Shown: positions 1 to 12,179 of the stretch, one piece after another | Numbering within the stretch: the stretch's first letter is position 1 | Layout of the letters: each line of letters starts with the position of its first letter | Source: Tubiluchus corallicola | Lineage: Eukaryota; Animalia; Priapulida | NCBI GenBank assembly: GCA_030141605.1 | Contig: JAQGDQ010001394.1 | Coordinates: 1-42,845, forward strand | Reading direction: 5' to 3' | DNA: 42,845 nt | Notes under the pieces: model-generated | Seen by the model: the letters and a program-made list of their open reading frames with translations, nothing else | Told to the model about the DNA's origin: nothing | Database searches by the model: none | Translations under genes and position numbers: made by a program

Positions 1-370
1 TTCTGTTACATTTACTGTAGTAAGACAAGCCAATAATGAAGACGAATTATTCATGATCACAGTCACAAACAAAGCTCTGAACTTGAAGCATGTGTAGAGC
101 ACTATAAGTTTATACTACAAAAAACAGAACGAGTTATAAAACCTTTAGCTTTTCAACGAGCGCTTATGTAACAAGCAGAACATGTAATATTTGATGGCCA
201 TTTTCGTGCAGTATCGATGCGGTATGGTGTTATATACATTACAAAGTATAATAGCTGTGATAACAAACCCTTATTATCAACACTAAGTGCATAAGCAGAA
301 CGCAACAATGCAGCTAATGTGTGTTGCAGAATTACATTCTAAAATGTCAGCAATTAGTCAACAATATATA

Positions 371-2930
371 CTAGCCAAACCCCACAAAAAGAATTTTGTG
401 CACAAATCAACACACAACCCACACCACACCACTCCACCCCATCACACCACACTGCACCACACCTTACCACTCCACCTCATCGCACCACACTGCACCACAC
501 AATACCACCACACCGCACCGCACCACATCATACCACCTACACACCACACCACCCACACCATACCACTGCACCACCCACACACCACACCACACCACCCACA
601 CCATAATACTCCATCACATCACACCGCACAGCACCACACCATAACACCACACTGCACCACACCATACCACTGCACCGCACCACCCACACACCACACCATA
701 CCACTCCACCACATCACACCACACCGCACCACACCATACCACTGCAGCACACCACACCACCCACACACCACACCACACCACCCACACCATAATACTCCAC
801 ACATTACACCACACTGCACCACACCATACCACTGCAGCACACCGCACCACCCACACACCACACCACCCACACCATACGACTCCACCACATCACACCGCAC
901 AGCACCACACCATAACACCACACTGCACCACACCACCCACCCACCTACACACCACACCACCCACACCATACCATTCCACCACATCACACCACACCGCACC
1001 ACACCATACCACCGCAGCACACCGCACCACCCACACACCACACCACCCATACCATACGACTCCACCACATCACCCCACACTGCACCACACCATACCACTG
1101 CACCACACCACACCGCTCCACCCACACACCACACCACACCACCCACACCATAATACTCCACCACATCACACCACACTGCACCACACACCCACCCACCCAC
1201 ACACCACGCCACCCACTCCATACCACACTACCCACACCACACCAGACACACCCTATCCCACATCACATCAAATCCACCACCTCACTTGGTGATCATGATG
1301 TTGATGATGATGATGGTGGCAACGATGACGACACCTATAGCACAAGCACCAACAGCACAGCATTACAACAAAACCATTCCAAACATTTTTCACAAAGTTG
1401 AAACTATGTGCTATAATATAATAAATAGCAAAGGCCCCGCAAAAGATTTTGCGTAAAAAACCACGTATAATCAATAACACGCGAACATCCTACCTAGTCC
1501 TCATTTATTACACAAAGCCCGTAACATCATGCCTACTGTTTGTTTAACTAACGCAAACCCGTAGCAGGCAGCGTTTTGCTGAATTAAAGTTATAAGATTA
1601 TAGACAGAGTACAATGGATGACGTCACAACAATGCCTTTGCGTCAGCAGTTTTCTAAGTGAAAATTGCCGAAAATAGAACTCCTAACTAACTCGTTGATA
1701 CTCCTCTCGGTGGACCTGCCCTAAAATATATCCCACATCATCGTGTTGCCCCGTTCTTCCTCTTTCTGATGAGCTATATATCTCCTTCCGAGAGTCCCAC
1801 CGGGCGCCGCTAGAACGTTTTTCCCGCATGCTGTTTGGTCAAAATTTCGAAAAAATCGCGAGTTGGGTCCGGGAAAACGCCCGTTGCGGGGCGCCCTGGC
1901 CCTCTCGGGAATTCTAAATATGCCTACTACACCCACCGCTGAACGGGCTATCTATCCATACCCAGCACCCCCCTCGGCCCGTTCCCGTTCTCTACATCTC
2001 AGCCGTATAACTTTTGCAATTTTTTGCAAAAAACGGCCGAAAAAGGGCCATTTTTGGAGGTTTTTCGCCCTCCGTTCCTCCCGGTGGGCCCGATTCGAAA
2101 AATAAACCATCAATGGCACGACACTAGATCGAGACCTTTCGTTTGATGTATAGATCGCCGCAAAAGAGTTTGCGTACAAATACACGTGTAATCAATAATA
2201 CGCGAACATCCTACCAAGTCCTCATTTATAACACAAAGCCTGTAACATCCTGCCTACTGTTTGTTTAACTAAGCCTGTAGCAGCTTTTACTGAATTAAAG
2301 TTATAGACAGAGTACAATGGATGACGTCACAACAATGCCTTTGCGTCAGTAGTTTTCTATGCGAAAATTGCCGAAAATAGAACATCTAATTAACTCGCCA
2401 GTACTCCTCTCGGTGGTCCTGTCCTAACATATAGCCCACATCATCGTGTAGCCCCATTCTTCCTCTTTTTGATGAGCCGTATATCTCCTTCCGAGAGTCC
2501 CACCAGGCGCCGCTAAAACGTTTTTTCCGCAGGCTGGTTTGTCAAAATTTCGAAAAAATCGCGAGTTGGGTCCGGGAAAACGCCCGTTGCGGGGCGCCGT
2601 GGCCCTCTCGCGAATTCTAAATATGCCTACTACACCCACCGCTAAACGGGCTATCTATCCATACCCAGCACCACCCTCGGCCCATTCCCGTTCTCTACAT
2701 CTCAGCCGTATAACTTTTGCAAAAAACAGCCGAAAAAGGGCCATTTTTGGCGGTTTTTCGCCTCCCCTTCCTCCCGGTGGGCCCGATTCGAAAAATAAAC
2801 CATCAATGGCACGACACTAGATCGAGACCTTTCGTTTGATGTATAGATCGCCGCAAATGGTGATGTCGTCGGAGCTGTAGCCTCGAATCTTATATATATA
2901 TTAAGATACCAAGAATATTAATATAAGAGA
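371..2930 (-). mobile_element. Non-autonomous Helitron, copy A (contains two ~0.75-kb core units plus a (CACCA)n-rich segment)
   Basis: Minus strand starts TCTCTTATATTAAT at 2930 and ends CACAAAA-TTCT-TTTTGTG hairpin + GGGTTTGG-CTAG at 371, followed by T. No TSD, no RepHel ORF. Confidence 0.8.
410..1260. repeat. Degenerate (CACCA)n-type microsatellite inside Helitron copy A
   Basis: Visible CACCA/CACAC/CATAC iterations; explains the His/Thr/Pro and Val/Trp/Cys ORFs. Confidence 0.9.
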
Positions 2931-4626
2931 CTAGCCAAACCCCACAAAAAGAATTTTGTGCACAAATCAACACACAGCCCACACCACACCACTCACCTCA
3001 TCACACCACACTGCACCACACCATACCACTCCACCTCATCGCACCACACTGCACCACACAATACCACCACACCACACCGCACCACACAATACCACCACAC
3101 CACACCGCACCACACCATACCACCTACACACCACACCACCCACACCATACCACTCCACCACATCACACCACACTGCACCACACCATACCACTGCACCACC
3201 CACACACCACACCACACCACCCACACCATAATACTCCACCACATCACACCGCACAGCACCACACCATAACACCACACCACCCACCCACCTACACACCACA
3301 CCACCCACACCATACCACTCCACCACATCACACCACACTGCACCACACCATACCACTGCAGCACACTGCACCACCCACACACCACACCACACCACCCACA
3401 CCATACGACTCCACCACATCACACCACACTGCACCACACCATACCACTGCACCGCACCACCCACACACCACACCACACCACCCACACCATAATACTCCAC
3501 CACATCACACCGCACTGCACCACAACAACCACCCACCCACCCACACACCACGCCACCCACTCCATACCACACTACCCACACCACACCCCACACACCCTAT
3601 CATCCCACCACACCATCCGTAGCACAACACACAAAACACACCACCACCACACCACATCAAATCCACCACCTCACGTGGTGATCATGATGTTAATGATGAT
3701 GATGATGATGGTGGCAACGATGACGACACCTATAGCACAAGCACCAACAGCACAGCATTACAACAAAACCATTCCAAACATTTTTCACAAAGTTGAAACT
3801 ATGTGCTATAATATAATAAATAGCAAAGGCCCCGCAAAAGATTTTGCGTATAAATACACGTGTAATCAGTAATACGCGAGCATCCTACCTAGTCCACATT
3901 TATAACACAAAGCCCGTAACATCGTGTCTACTGTTTGTTTAACTAACGCAAAGCCTGTAGCTTTTTGCTGAATTAAAGTTATAAGATTACAGCAGAGTAC
4001 AATGGATGACGTCACAACAATGCCTTTGCGTCAGCAGTTTCTTAAGCGAAAATTGCCGAAAATAGAACTCCTAACTAACTCGTCAATACTCCTCTCGGTG
4101 GACCTGCCCTAACATATAGCCCACATCATCGTGTAGCCCTGTTCTTCCTCTTTCTAAAGAGCCGTATATCTCCTTCCGAGAGTCCTACCAGGCGCCGCTA
4201 GAACGTTTTTCCCGCATGCTGTTTGGTCAAAATTTCGAAAAAATCGCGAGTTGGGTCCGGGAAAACGCCCGTTGCGGGGCGCCCTGGCCCTCTCGGGAAT
4301 TCTAAATATGCCTACTACACCCACCGCTGAACGGGCTATCTATCCATACCCAGCACCCCCCTCGGCCCGTTCCCGTTCTCTACATCTCAGCCGTATAACT
4401 TTTGCAAAAAACGGCCGAAAACGGGCCATTTTTGGAGGTTTTTCGCCCCCCCCCCCCCTTTCCTCCCGGTGGGCCCTATTCGAAAAATAAACCATCAATG
4501 GCACGACACTAGATCGAGACCTTTCGTTTGATATATAGATCGCCGCAAATGGTGCCCTCGTCCGGGCTGTAGCCTCGAATCTTATATATATATATATATA
4601 TATACCAAGAATATTAATATAAGAGA
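2931..4626 (-). mobile_element. Non-autonomous Helitron, copy B, joined head-to-tail to copy A
   Basis: Same 5' TCTCTTATATTAAT end (4626, preceded by A on the minus strand) and same hairpin-CTAG 3' end (2931). The junction with copy A reads CTAG|TC. Confidence 0.8.
2970..3660. repeat. Degenerate (CACCA)n-type microsatellite inside Helitron copy B
   Basis: Same low-complexity array as 410-1260, of different length. Confidence 0.9.
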
Positions 4627-4645
4627 TAGTAGATACAATTATACA

Positions 4646-4677
<32 letters not shown>

Positions 4678-4810
4678 GCGTGTGCGTGTGTGTGTGCGTG
4701 TGTGTGTGCGTGTGCGTGTGCGTGTGCGTGTGTGTGTGCGTGCGTGCGTGTGCGTGCATGCGTGCGTGTGCGTGTATGAGGGTGCATGCGTGTGTGTGAG
4801 AGTGTGTGTC
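4646..4810. repeat. (TG)n/(TGCG)n microsatellite
   Basis: Directly visible. Confidence 0.95.
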
Positions 4811-4985
4811 CATGTGTGTTGACGTGTGATCCTGCATGCCTGCGTGTCTCACTCTGTCTGTGTGCGGCTACTTTTTCAATGAATTGCCCTTTAGCCTAGT
4901 TGTTTCAAGCCTGAAGGTCCTCTTAATGTGCATTTTGCAATTAGTTGTAAAACTTTCTGTTCAAGAGTTTATTCATTTCCACACC

Positions 4986-5218
4986 GAACAACATGACGTG
5001 AACAGACATTTTTACAACTGGTAGACGTTCTTTCCAATGAAACGTAACACGTAGAGGAGTACAAACAATATTTATGAACTGTAGAAGCATTACAGTATGA
5101 ACAACATGGCTTGAACAGAAAGTTTTACAACTGGTAGACGTTTGTTCCCATGAAACGTAACACGTAGAAGAGTACAAACAGTATTTATGAACTGTACAAG
5201 CATTACAGTATGAACAAC
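4986..5218. repeat. Tandem duplication, ~113-bp unit, 2 copies
   Basis: GAACAACATG...TTTACAACTGGTAGACGTT...GCATTACAGTATGAACAAC occurs twice, starting near 4986 and 5099. Confidence 0.85.
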
Positions 5219-6189
5219 TAAACTAAAATGCATTTTTCGGTCACACTATACCTATAGACAAGTCGTCAAAACACCTTGTACAGACAGAGAACGCATCCGT
5301 AATGCCAAATACAATATTAAACTAATTACATTCATGTAATTTCCTCCAAACTGCTATAATTGCCTACACTTATCGTGAACAGGTGGGTAAATTGATTTGA
5401 TGACTATTTAGCTTGTACTTGTTTACAACATCTACACACTAATAAGGGAAGCTTTTCCTGGCGTTATAATGGGGTAAATTTATTTTTAAAAAAATCGACG
5501 TTTGGCACCGCAAATGCGTTGGCAGATGGCGGTAGGTGAATTTGGCGATTTTCGGCAAAGCCCGCGTCAACGAGGCGGCCATTGAGGCTACTTCATAGTT
5601 CCACTGCAAGTTCGTGTTATGATTTGACATCCGATCGTCCTTTTCTTGCATTTTATTCTTGAATTTGGTGTTTTCGTTTATCGGTTTTGCTTGTATAATT
5701 AAATCACGCTTATATAGTTAAATCACAGTAGTAAAAAATGTTTTTTTGAAACTCATATTGCTAAAAATGTTAAGAGGTACGCTGAACTTCGAAAGGGTAC
5801 TTGGCTAGTAAAAGGTTAGGAGCCAGTGATCTAGACGTTGTATTGAACTGCAAAATCTAATTCATATTATTGCTGTACTGAAACGTTCAATGATGTAGCT
5901 TATATACAAACGACGCATAGATGTGTTCACATAGATGCAAATGTTCTCTATATTGCGTGATAACTTCAATAGTGGCAATTGTATTTTTCTGATTATAAAT
6001 TTTAACAATCTTAATAACATTGTTTATTGCATTATGACGTTATTGCATTTATGACATTCATTACATTTTTAGTATTAGCAATACATATTTTTAACATCGT
6101 ATCATTAATGTATCAGCACACATTATTAAAAGAAAGGGCAAATCACTTTGCATGTTGGGTTTATTATACTGTTATCAGTGAAACTTAGC

Positions 6190-6530
6190 AAAAATATAAC
6201 AAAGAAATTTGCAAAAAGCTGTCTGTAAAGCACAAAATTGATCTGTATTCGTTGATTCGAAATTTTCAGGAGCAGTGGTAACCGCCGTTCACTTGAAAAT
6301 TATTACGTAACTGGTGGATTTCGTGAATTTTCATAAGCGCATCGTGGCTTTCTGTAAGCGTGTGCTGCTTAAACTAATTCAAAATTCTACAGCTTACTTA
6401 ATGTTCGTGCAACAATATCACAAAACTAGTTATCTATTTTTTGTAAAACTTTTTACACTTTTGAGAGAAATTAAAAGCAAGCTGTCTTTCTTCAGTTGTC
6501 GACGTCATTGGTGGAAAATAGGCTTTCAAA
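6190..6530 (+). repeat. Dispersed repeat (unclassified), inverted copy at ~17960-18300
   Basis: Nucleotide similarity in opposite orientation; the spurious ORFs 6314..6682 and 18025..18207 translate to similar strings. Confidence 0.65.
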
Positions 6531-6666
6531 ATAAGAGTGATTTTAAGGTGATTTTACTAGTTACACGAGACGTTTATCCACTTTTATTATTAGATCCTTC
6601 TAACATTTTCCCCCAAGAACTAAATAAACATAGCTTCATTGAAGGCTTGCCCATTACTTTAAGTTG

Positions 6667-6915
6667 TGGCGTAGCTGAATAATAGCGTGGTCGCTTACCA
6701 CCCGGAAGGTCGTGGGTTCAACTCTCGACCGAGTCGTACCAAAGACTTGGGACTGCTTGTTCTCGACCAAGCACGTGGGTTATCGAAGTAACATGCGGGT
6801 AATAACATTGCTAATAATATTTCCAGGGAACCACCTTGGAATTAAGTATTGAGTTACTTAAAGTGCTACCCATGGACTATGTCTTAAACGAAATTATTAT
6901 AATTATTATTATTAT
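6667..6915 (+). mobile_element. Degenerate tRNA-derived SINE
   Basis: A-box-like TAGCTGAATAA, B-box-like GGTTCAACTC, then GTCGTACCAAAGACT core similar to the SINE at 21216, and a (TTA)n tail. Confidence 0.6.
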
Positions 6916-7749
6916 AAAGTTAAAACTTCGCCTGCAACTGGAGGCACATTTATGTAAATATGTATTTTAAAGTAAAAGATTAATCATCATCATCATCGTA
7001 CATTACTCTGCTTAACCCAGCTGTAATATTCACTTCTGAATGTGTAATTATGGTAAATGCACTCAACATATTGCGGTACAGGGCTGACATTTAATGCTGG
7101 CAAGAGAATACAATAGGCCTCTCAGGTGTGCATGTGAACGTGGCTTTATCTAGCACGGACTCGTATTCTGACTTTGTGTTAGTAAAAACCACTAGTCACG
7201 TGCACACCTGAGCTTATAAAAAGGGAAGGTCTGCTGTAGAACCTTATCAGTGGCCGATGTCTTTCATTGCAGCTCTGTTCATCCATTCTACTAGGTAACC
7301 TGGTTGTTCTTGCTCAAAAGCGTAATTGTCATTTCGAGTTTATTACTCGAATTTTGTTCTGGGTGAGGCGTTGATTGACTTAATTAAGACATGCAGCAAG
7401 GTCTGGGGCGCAGTGTCATCCGTCCTGCCTCCACTATGCGCAGACGGCAGTCCAATATTAGCAAGTATAATGTACTCGTATAATGTAACAACAATAATAT
7501 AGTTACTGAAGTTAAGGCTTGTTCTAACATTTTATCCTTAGCACCAGGTATGTGCGCAATCTACTTGTATCTAAATCAACTAATTCCAATGTAAACACTG
7601 GTGGTGTCACGCTCGGGCGCGAAAGTCGTAGAGAGTGCACTGCAGTGTGCACGTGCTGGGAAGTTTTCTTTCTTCAAAATCTCATTCTACCTGTTGGAGA
7701 CATTGAGGCATTAACATTTATTAGAGTATTTCACACACTCCTATCTGCA

Positions 7750-8850
7750 GCTAACAGCTTAAGTTCTTTTATTCCTGAAGATAGATTTGGTTGAAGTTGT
7801 TGAACTTCTTTATTTATCCTAGCTATCCAAGTTGTTTTTGGTTCGCCAGGTGTTTTTTGCAAAGTTTTAAGGCTTCCTTTACGACGATTTTTACGGTACT
7901 TTACTTGATAATCCTAGAAGATGTCCTGGCCATCTTAACCTTCGAATCTTGACTTTGGAACTCCGAGGGATTTCTTTCGTTCCAATACATAAATCTCAAT
8001 TTTAGATTATGTGCGGCCATCTTATCTTCAAAACTCCTTAGGAGACTTTTATGAAATGTGTCAATCTGCTTTGCTTGAGCAATTATTTAACCCAATGTTT
8101 CACTGTTGCACATAAATGTGCTGGTAACGTGTTGGTGATACATTCTTGTGTTGAAGAAAAGCATGCATTGCTTGTTACTTTCTAATTTTAATATCATCTT
8201 TGATGTTTAGAACAGTGCCCATACACATACTTGTACTTTTTCCAAGTCTTACTACCAATAACCTCTTGCAATAATATATTCCTCGGCTTTGGACTGGTTT
8301 ACTTGAACGTTTCTTTTCTCTGTTTTTTTTGGAAAATCCCTTTTATTGTGTTAGTTTGAAAATTAATCCAACACTAATCTAGCTGATGTCATCAGCACAT
8401 TGTTTGTTCAATAAGGAATGGTTCATAGGATTCCAAAGCAGGATAGGAGTTGTCCAGAACATGTTGTGGAAGGTTATGCCAAACAGTGGTATCGTAACCA
8501 TGATCATCATTTGGAGGAGTTTGGATCTTATATGCTATATGCTGATCATGCATATAGTCAAGATTTTCCATAACGAAAGTGTAATTGGTCTTAAATATGC
8601 TACTGGTCCTTTCTTCTTTTTAGGTTTTGAAATAGGCACTAATATCCCTACTAAACTTCTTTTTGGATAGTTTCCTGTTTCAGCAAAAGTATTCAGTAAA
8701 TTTGATATTCCAGTACTAATGATCTCTGGCCCATGGCTTAGCTGTTCTGCAGCAAGACTGCCTATACCCGGCTTTTCCATTCTTTAAAGAGTTCATTACC
8801 TTTAAAACATCTTTGGGCCATTGGTTTCATCTCAGGAATGTTTTCTGCAT
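7750..8850 (-). mobile_element. Decayed RTE-like non-LTR retrotransposon reverse-transcriptase fragment
   Basis: Minus-strand translations give GILVPISKPKKKKGPVAYLRPITL (RT N-terminal motif), QCADDIS (YADD-like) and KIRWPHII...RRLRWPGHLL (RTE-type C-terminal motifs), interrupted by stops and frameshifts. Confidence 0.75.
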
Positions 8851-9205
8851 TATTGTTGCTGTAATAGTAGTTATAATTTCTGATGGCAGTAACCCCGTTA
8901 TACCTGATGGCGTTACACCTTAAATAGTAAATGAACATAATTTCGTTTCTTGTCAATACTAGAGAGACAATAAAATAGGCATTTACCACTTAATTAAAAT
9001 AAACTATTAAAAAATGTTGCCGTTAGCAATTAATTATTATTTTTGTAGGTCAGCAAAGCCTTTAAGCCTTTTATATTACGGTTTACGGTCCTTAAAGACC
9101 GGTGCATTTTTGTCTGACTTTAATGAAGAAACGGTCGTAGAAAATAGTCTTGGTTACTTAGATAGATTCAACATTCACATTTTTGCTGCACGGTTTACAG
9201 GCATA

Positions 9206-9220
9206 CACGTGGTGACGTGT
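9206..9220 (+). promoter_or_regulatory. Candidate E-box plus UPRE/XBP1-like site upstream of SSR2
   Basis: CACGTGGTGACGTGT about 50 bp before a strong donor (AAA|GTAAGT at 9270) that probably ends SSR2 exon 1. Confidence 0.35.
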
Positions 9221-9978
9221 ACGGCAGCTACGGCTTGTTTCTGGTAATTCGTTCATGTTGCATTGCAAAGTAAGTTTTATTGAAATAATTGTTTTATATA
9301 AAGCATTTATTTATTTGTCGTAAAGATGTGGTATAAACGTGGCTAACGGTGTCCTTTATCAAATCCAACTAAAGAAATCTAAATTGGAAAGCAAAATTCT
9401 TCGAGTATATCTTGTGTAGTAAAAAACTTCAAAAAGTATAGTCTAGAACAAGTGTACTGTTGTTAACCACGAATACGGCTTTAGCAAGAGAAAATTAGCT
9501 TCATGGTACATTAGCGAAAAACAATTTCCCTGTTAGTTTCCCTGGCATAATTTATAATGATTAACTTTATTATGGTAACTTCAAAATGATTTTTGATAAC
9601 TTCAGTTTTTGGTTGCCAGATGCCTGCAGCTACCGCCTGGGGCAATAGCCTAAAACTTGACTACCAGGACTAGGTTGTGTGAATATTAGATTATTTGTTG
9701 TTAAGTTATATGTTGTTCTTTTTTAAATTATATTAGCAGGAAATCAAGCAGAAACTTAACTGGTAATAACAATTTAACATTGTCTGCTATCGTGAGATTG
9801 AATAACTAGACAAAAATTACATTAAGCGAGTGCATTATTTTCATTCTGGTGTCTGAATTTTAATTTGACTAGGGTTACATTATTGGACACTTTTCTCGCT
9901 TGATGATGTTGAGAAACTTCATTTTAAGAACATTGTCAGAAGCATAGAATTAGCACAAACTTTGACCTCTAATTTCAG

Positions 9979-10139
9979 ATGCAGTATCTTTCACTGATAT
10001 GCATGTTGCTGTATCTGGCCTCTGCCGAAGAGGGTCAAGGACCTGCATGGTTACTCGCATCAAAACAAATTCATAACCATATGGTGGTTGAAGACAAAGA
10101 ACTCATCGTTGAGTATACCATCTACAACATAGGAGAGAG
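9979..10139 (+). CDS. SSR2: Translocon-associated protein beta, coding exon 1
   Basis: TTTCAG|ATG; MQYLSLICMLLYLASAEEGQGPAWLLASKQIHNHMVVEDKELIVEYTIYNIGE (signal peptide + TRAP-beta N-terminus); donor GTGAGC. Confidence 0.9.
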
Positions 10140-10399
10140 GTGAGCACAATTTTTATTTCATCGGTATCTTTCTAAAAGAAGCTTTACTTTGTTGTGAAGC
10201 ACACAATTCCTTTAATTTCTTTGTTTAATTATTAATTAATTATAATTATTTAGGTAATTATTAGCTTATTAGTCATTGTAATTCTCAACAGCATAATTGT
10301 ACATGCATTTCTTTCTCCCTCCCGACCCTCTCTCTCTCTCTCACAAACAATGTACAAACACCAGTATACACCCAATAAAAGTTTTTAATACGCCCACGC

Positions 10400-10719
10400 A
10401 GTTCCCTGTTTCTTTGGGCAGGAGAAAATTAGAAGTTTTAGCTTTCAGTTTATTACTTAAGCAGGAAAATTTTAAGGAATTTTTGTACAAAATTGGGCAG
10501 GCTCCTAATAGCACATGTAACTGCTTATTAAGCCCTCAGTCTGTACATCATTTATTATTTGAATGTACATTAGTAAACCAAGTCAAAAGAAATGATTTTA
10601 TTAGCACTCTGCCTACGTTAGATTCGGACTATGTTTTCTGTAGCCGGGATAATAATGCTATAAATGCTTTTGCAAATCTTATCTCGCATGAATTCCTATC
10701 GTCTTTCGCCCGTATATAA
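10400..10719 (+). mobile_element. 5'-truncated non-LTR retrotransposon 3' end (CCHC knuckle, R1/I-like group)
   Basis: FKEFLYKIGQAPNSTCNCLLSPQSVHHLLFEC has the C-x-C-x8-H-x4-C motif typical of ORF2 C-termini; lies in an SSR2 intron. Confidence 0.7.
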
Positions 10720-11097
10720 ACAGTTTGTTGGTGATGAAATTTTACAACTCTCGTCGTGTTTTCTATATGCTGTTTTGTTTTTATTTATGATTATGTGAAT
10801 TTACATTAGAATTGGTAATTATGTTTATTATAATTGTATTCCCTGTTTTTCATTGTGTATAATGCATGTAAATTTTTGTTACTAAGTATTAAAATATGTT
10901 TGTTATCTTTTATTATGTATGTATGTAGGTTGGATTATAATTTGCAACTATCTCTATTGTATATGATCGTTGTCGTTCAATGTGTCTCATGCGTTGGATT
11001 CTAAATTATATATATATTTCTAGAAATTTTAAACAAATAGAGGGAATGTATTTTGTACATAGTTTTTAAAAATGAAGAATTATAATCAAAAAATTAT

Positions 11098-11130
<33 letters not shown>

Positions 11131-12056
11131 CCAACTAAGTGCTCGATCATAAATGAACATAATCGATGATTACTTAATACAATAAGTAATAAATTTTGCG
11201 CACTTTGCCACTGGTTTCTGCCATTTAATTGCAAGTGTCGATAGCAACAAATGTGGCAGATCAATGCTGAAGGGGCGGGGTTTACGGCAAGGTTCAATAT
11301 GGGATATCTGTGCACAGCACTTGCTGCTTTGTGGCATTATTACTTGATTTCCTGCATTGATTTACGGCAGTAAATCAGTGGGCAGTTAACGTTCACAGTC
11401 GATCGTCAATCATAATTTAAGATCAATGATCAATTACAGACCTGAGGCCGATTGCTGATGTTATTGTCTTGTAGTCTGTCCAATGTCTTAACTGTCACAT
11501 TCACTACACATAGAAAACTATATACTACTGAACGCCAAAGTGTCTATTAATATCCTATTCCCCTAAAATGTAAAGAGAAACTTTTTTATGTAAGCCACTC
11601 TGTCAAACTTGAATTTTTAATAATAATTAATAATAAATCTTTATTAAAAAAATGAACGTATATACAAAATGGTGCCTCTTTTCGCAGGCTCAGATCAACA
11701 ATTTACATTCATACAACAAATCTTTTAAATATTTCCAGTTTCACACTATGCACAATATTACACTTAAATTAGATTTAATTTCAAATAATTCACAAGTATT
11801 ATACACATTAATTAACTTTATAGACATACATAATTTATTTTTGTATATTAGAACTTGAAGTTCTATACTATAGAACATTCTTGTTTTTTATCACTAATTT
11901 GGCATCAGAGCAAATAAAAGCAAACAAACAAACAAAATATTTTACTTTAAAATTTTCTTTTTGTTATTTTAGTACTAGTTGGTTTTGCAAAAATGTTTCT
12001 ATTTGGTTCCATTTCGGTTGACTTTGCATAATAGGTGCAACCTTTTCTATTTCCAG

Positions 12057-12155
12057 CGTGGCAGTGAACACCGTCCTTGAAGACAACACGTATCCGAGCG
12101 AGAGCTTCGAGGTGGTCCGAGGAATGCTGCACGCAAAGTGGGACCGCATTGCACC
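12057..12155 (+). CDS. SSR2: Translocon-associated protein beta, coding exon 2
   Basis: TTCCAG| (S)VAVNTVLEDNTYPSESFEVVRGMLHAKWDRIA(P); donor GTATCCTT. Confidence 0.92.
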
Positions 12156-12179
12156 GTATCCTTGCTTTGTGTTAAAAAC

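Noticed and set aside
287-1235. His/Thr/Pro-rich and Val/Trp/Cys-rich ORFs (also 2956-3593)
   Set aside because: Translations of the (CACCA)n microsatellite, open in several frames on both strands.
1721-2820. Repeated short ORFs (MGPGKRPLRG..., also 4251-4490)
   Set aside because: They lie in the duplicated Helitron core, differ by frameshifts between copies and show no recognisable domain.
6314-6682. Paralogous small proteins 6314..6682 and 18025..18207
   Set aside because: Similarity reflects a dispersed repeat; non-ATG starts, different ends and no domain.
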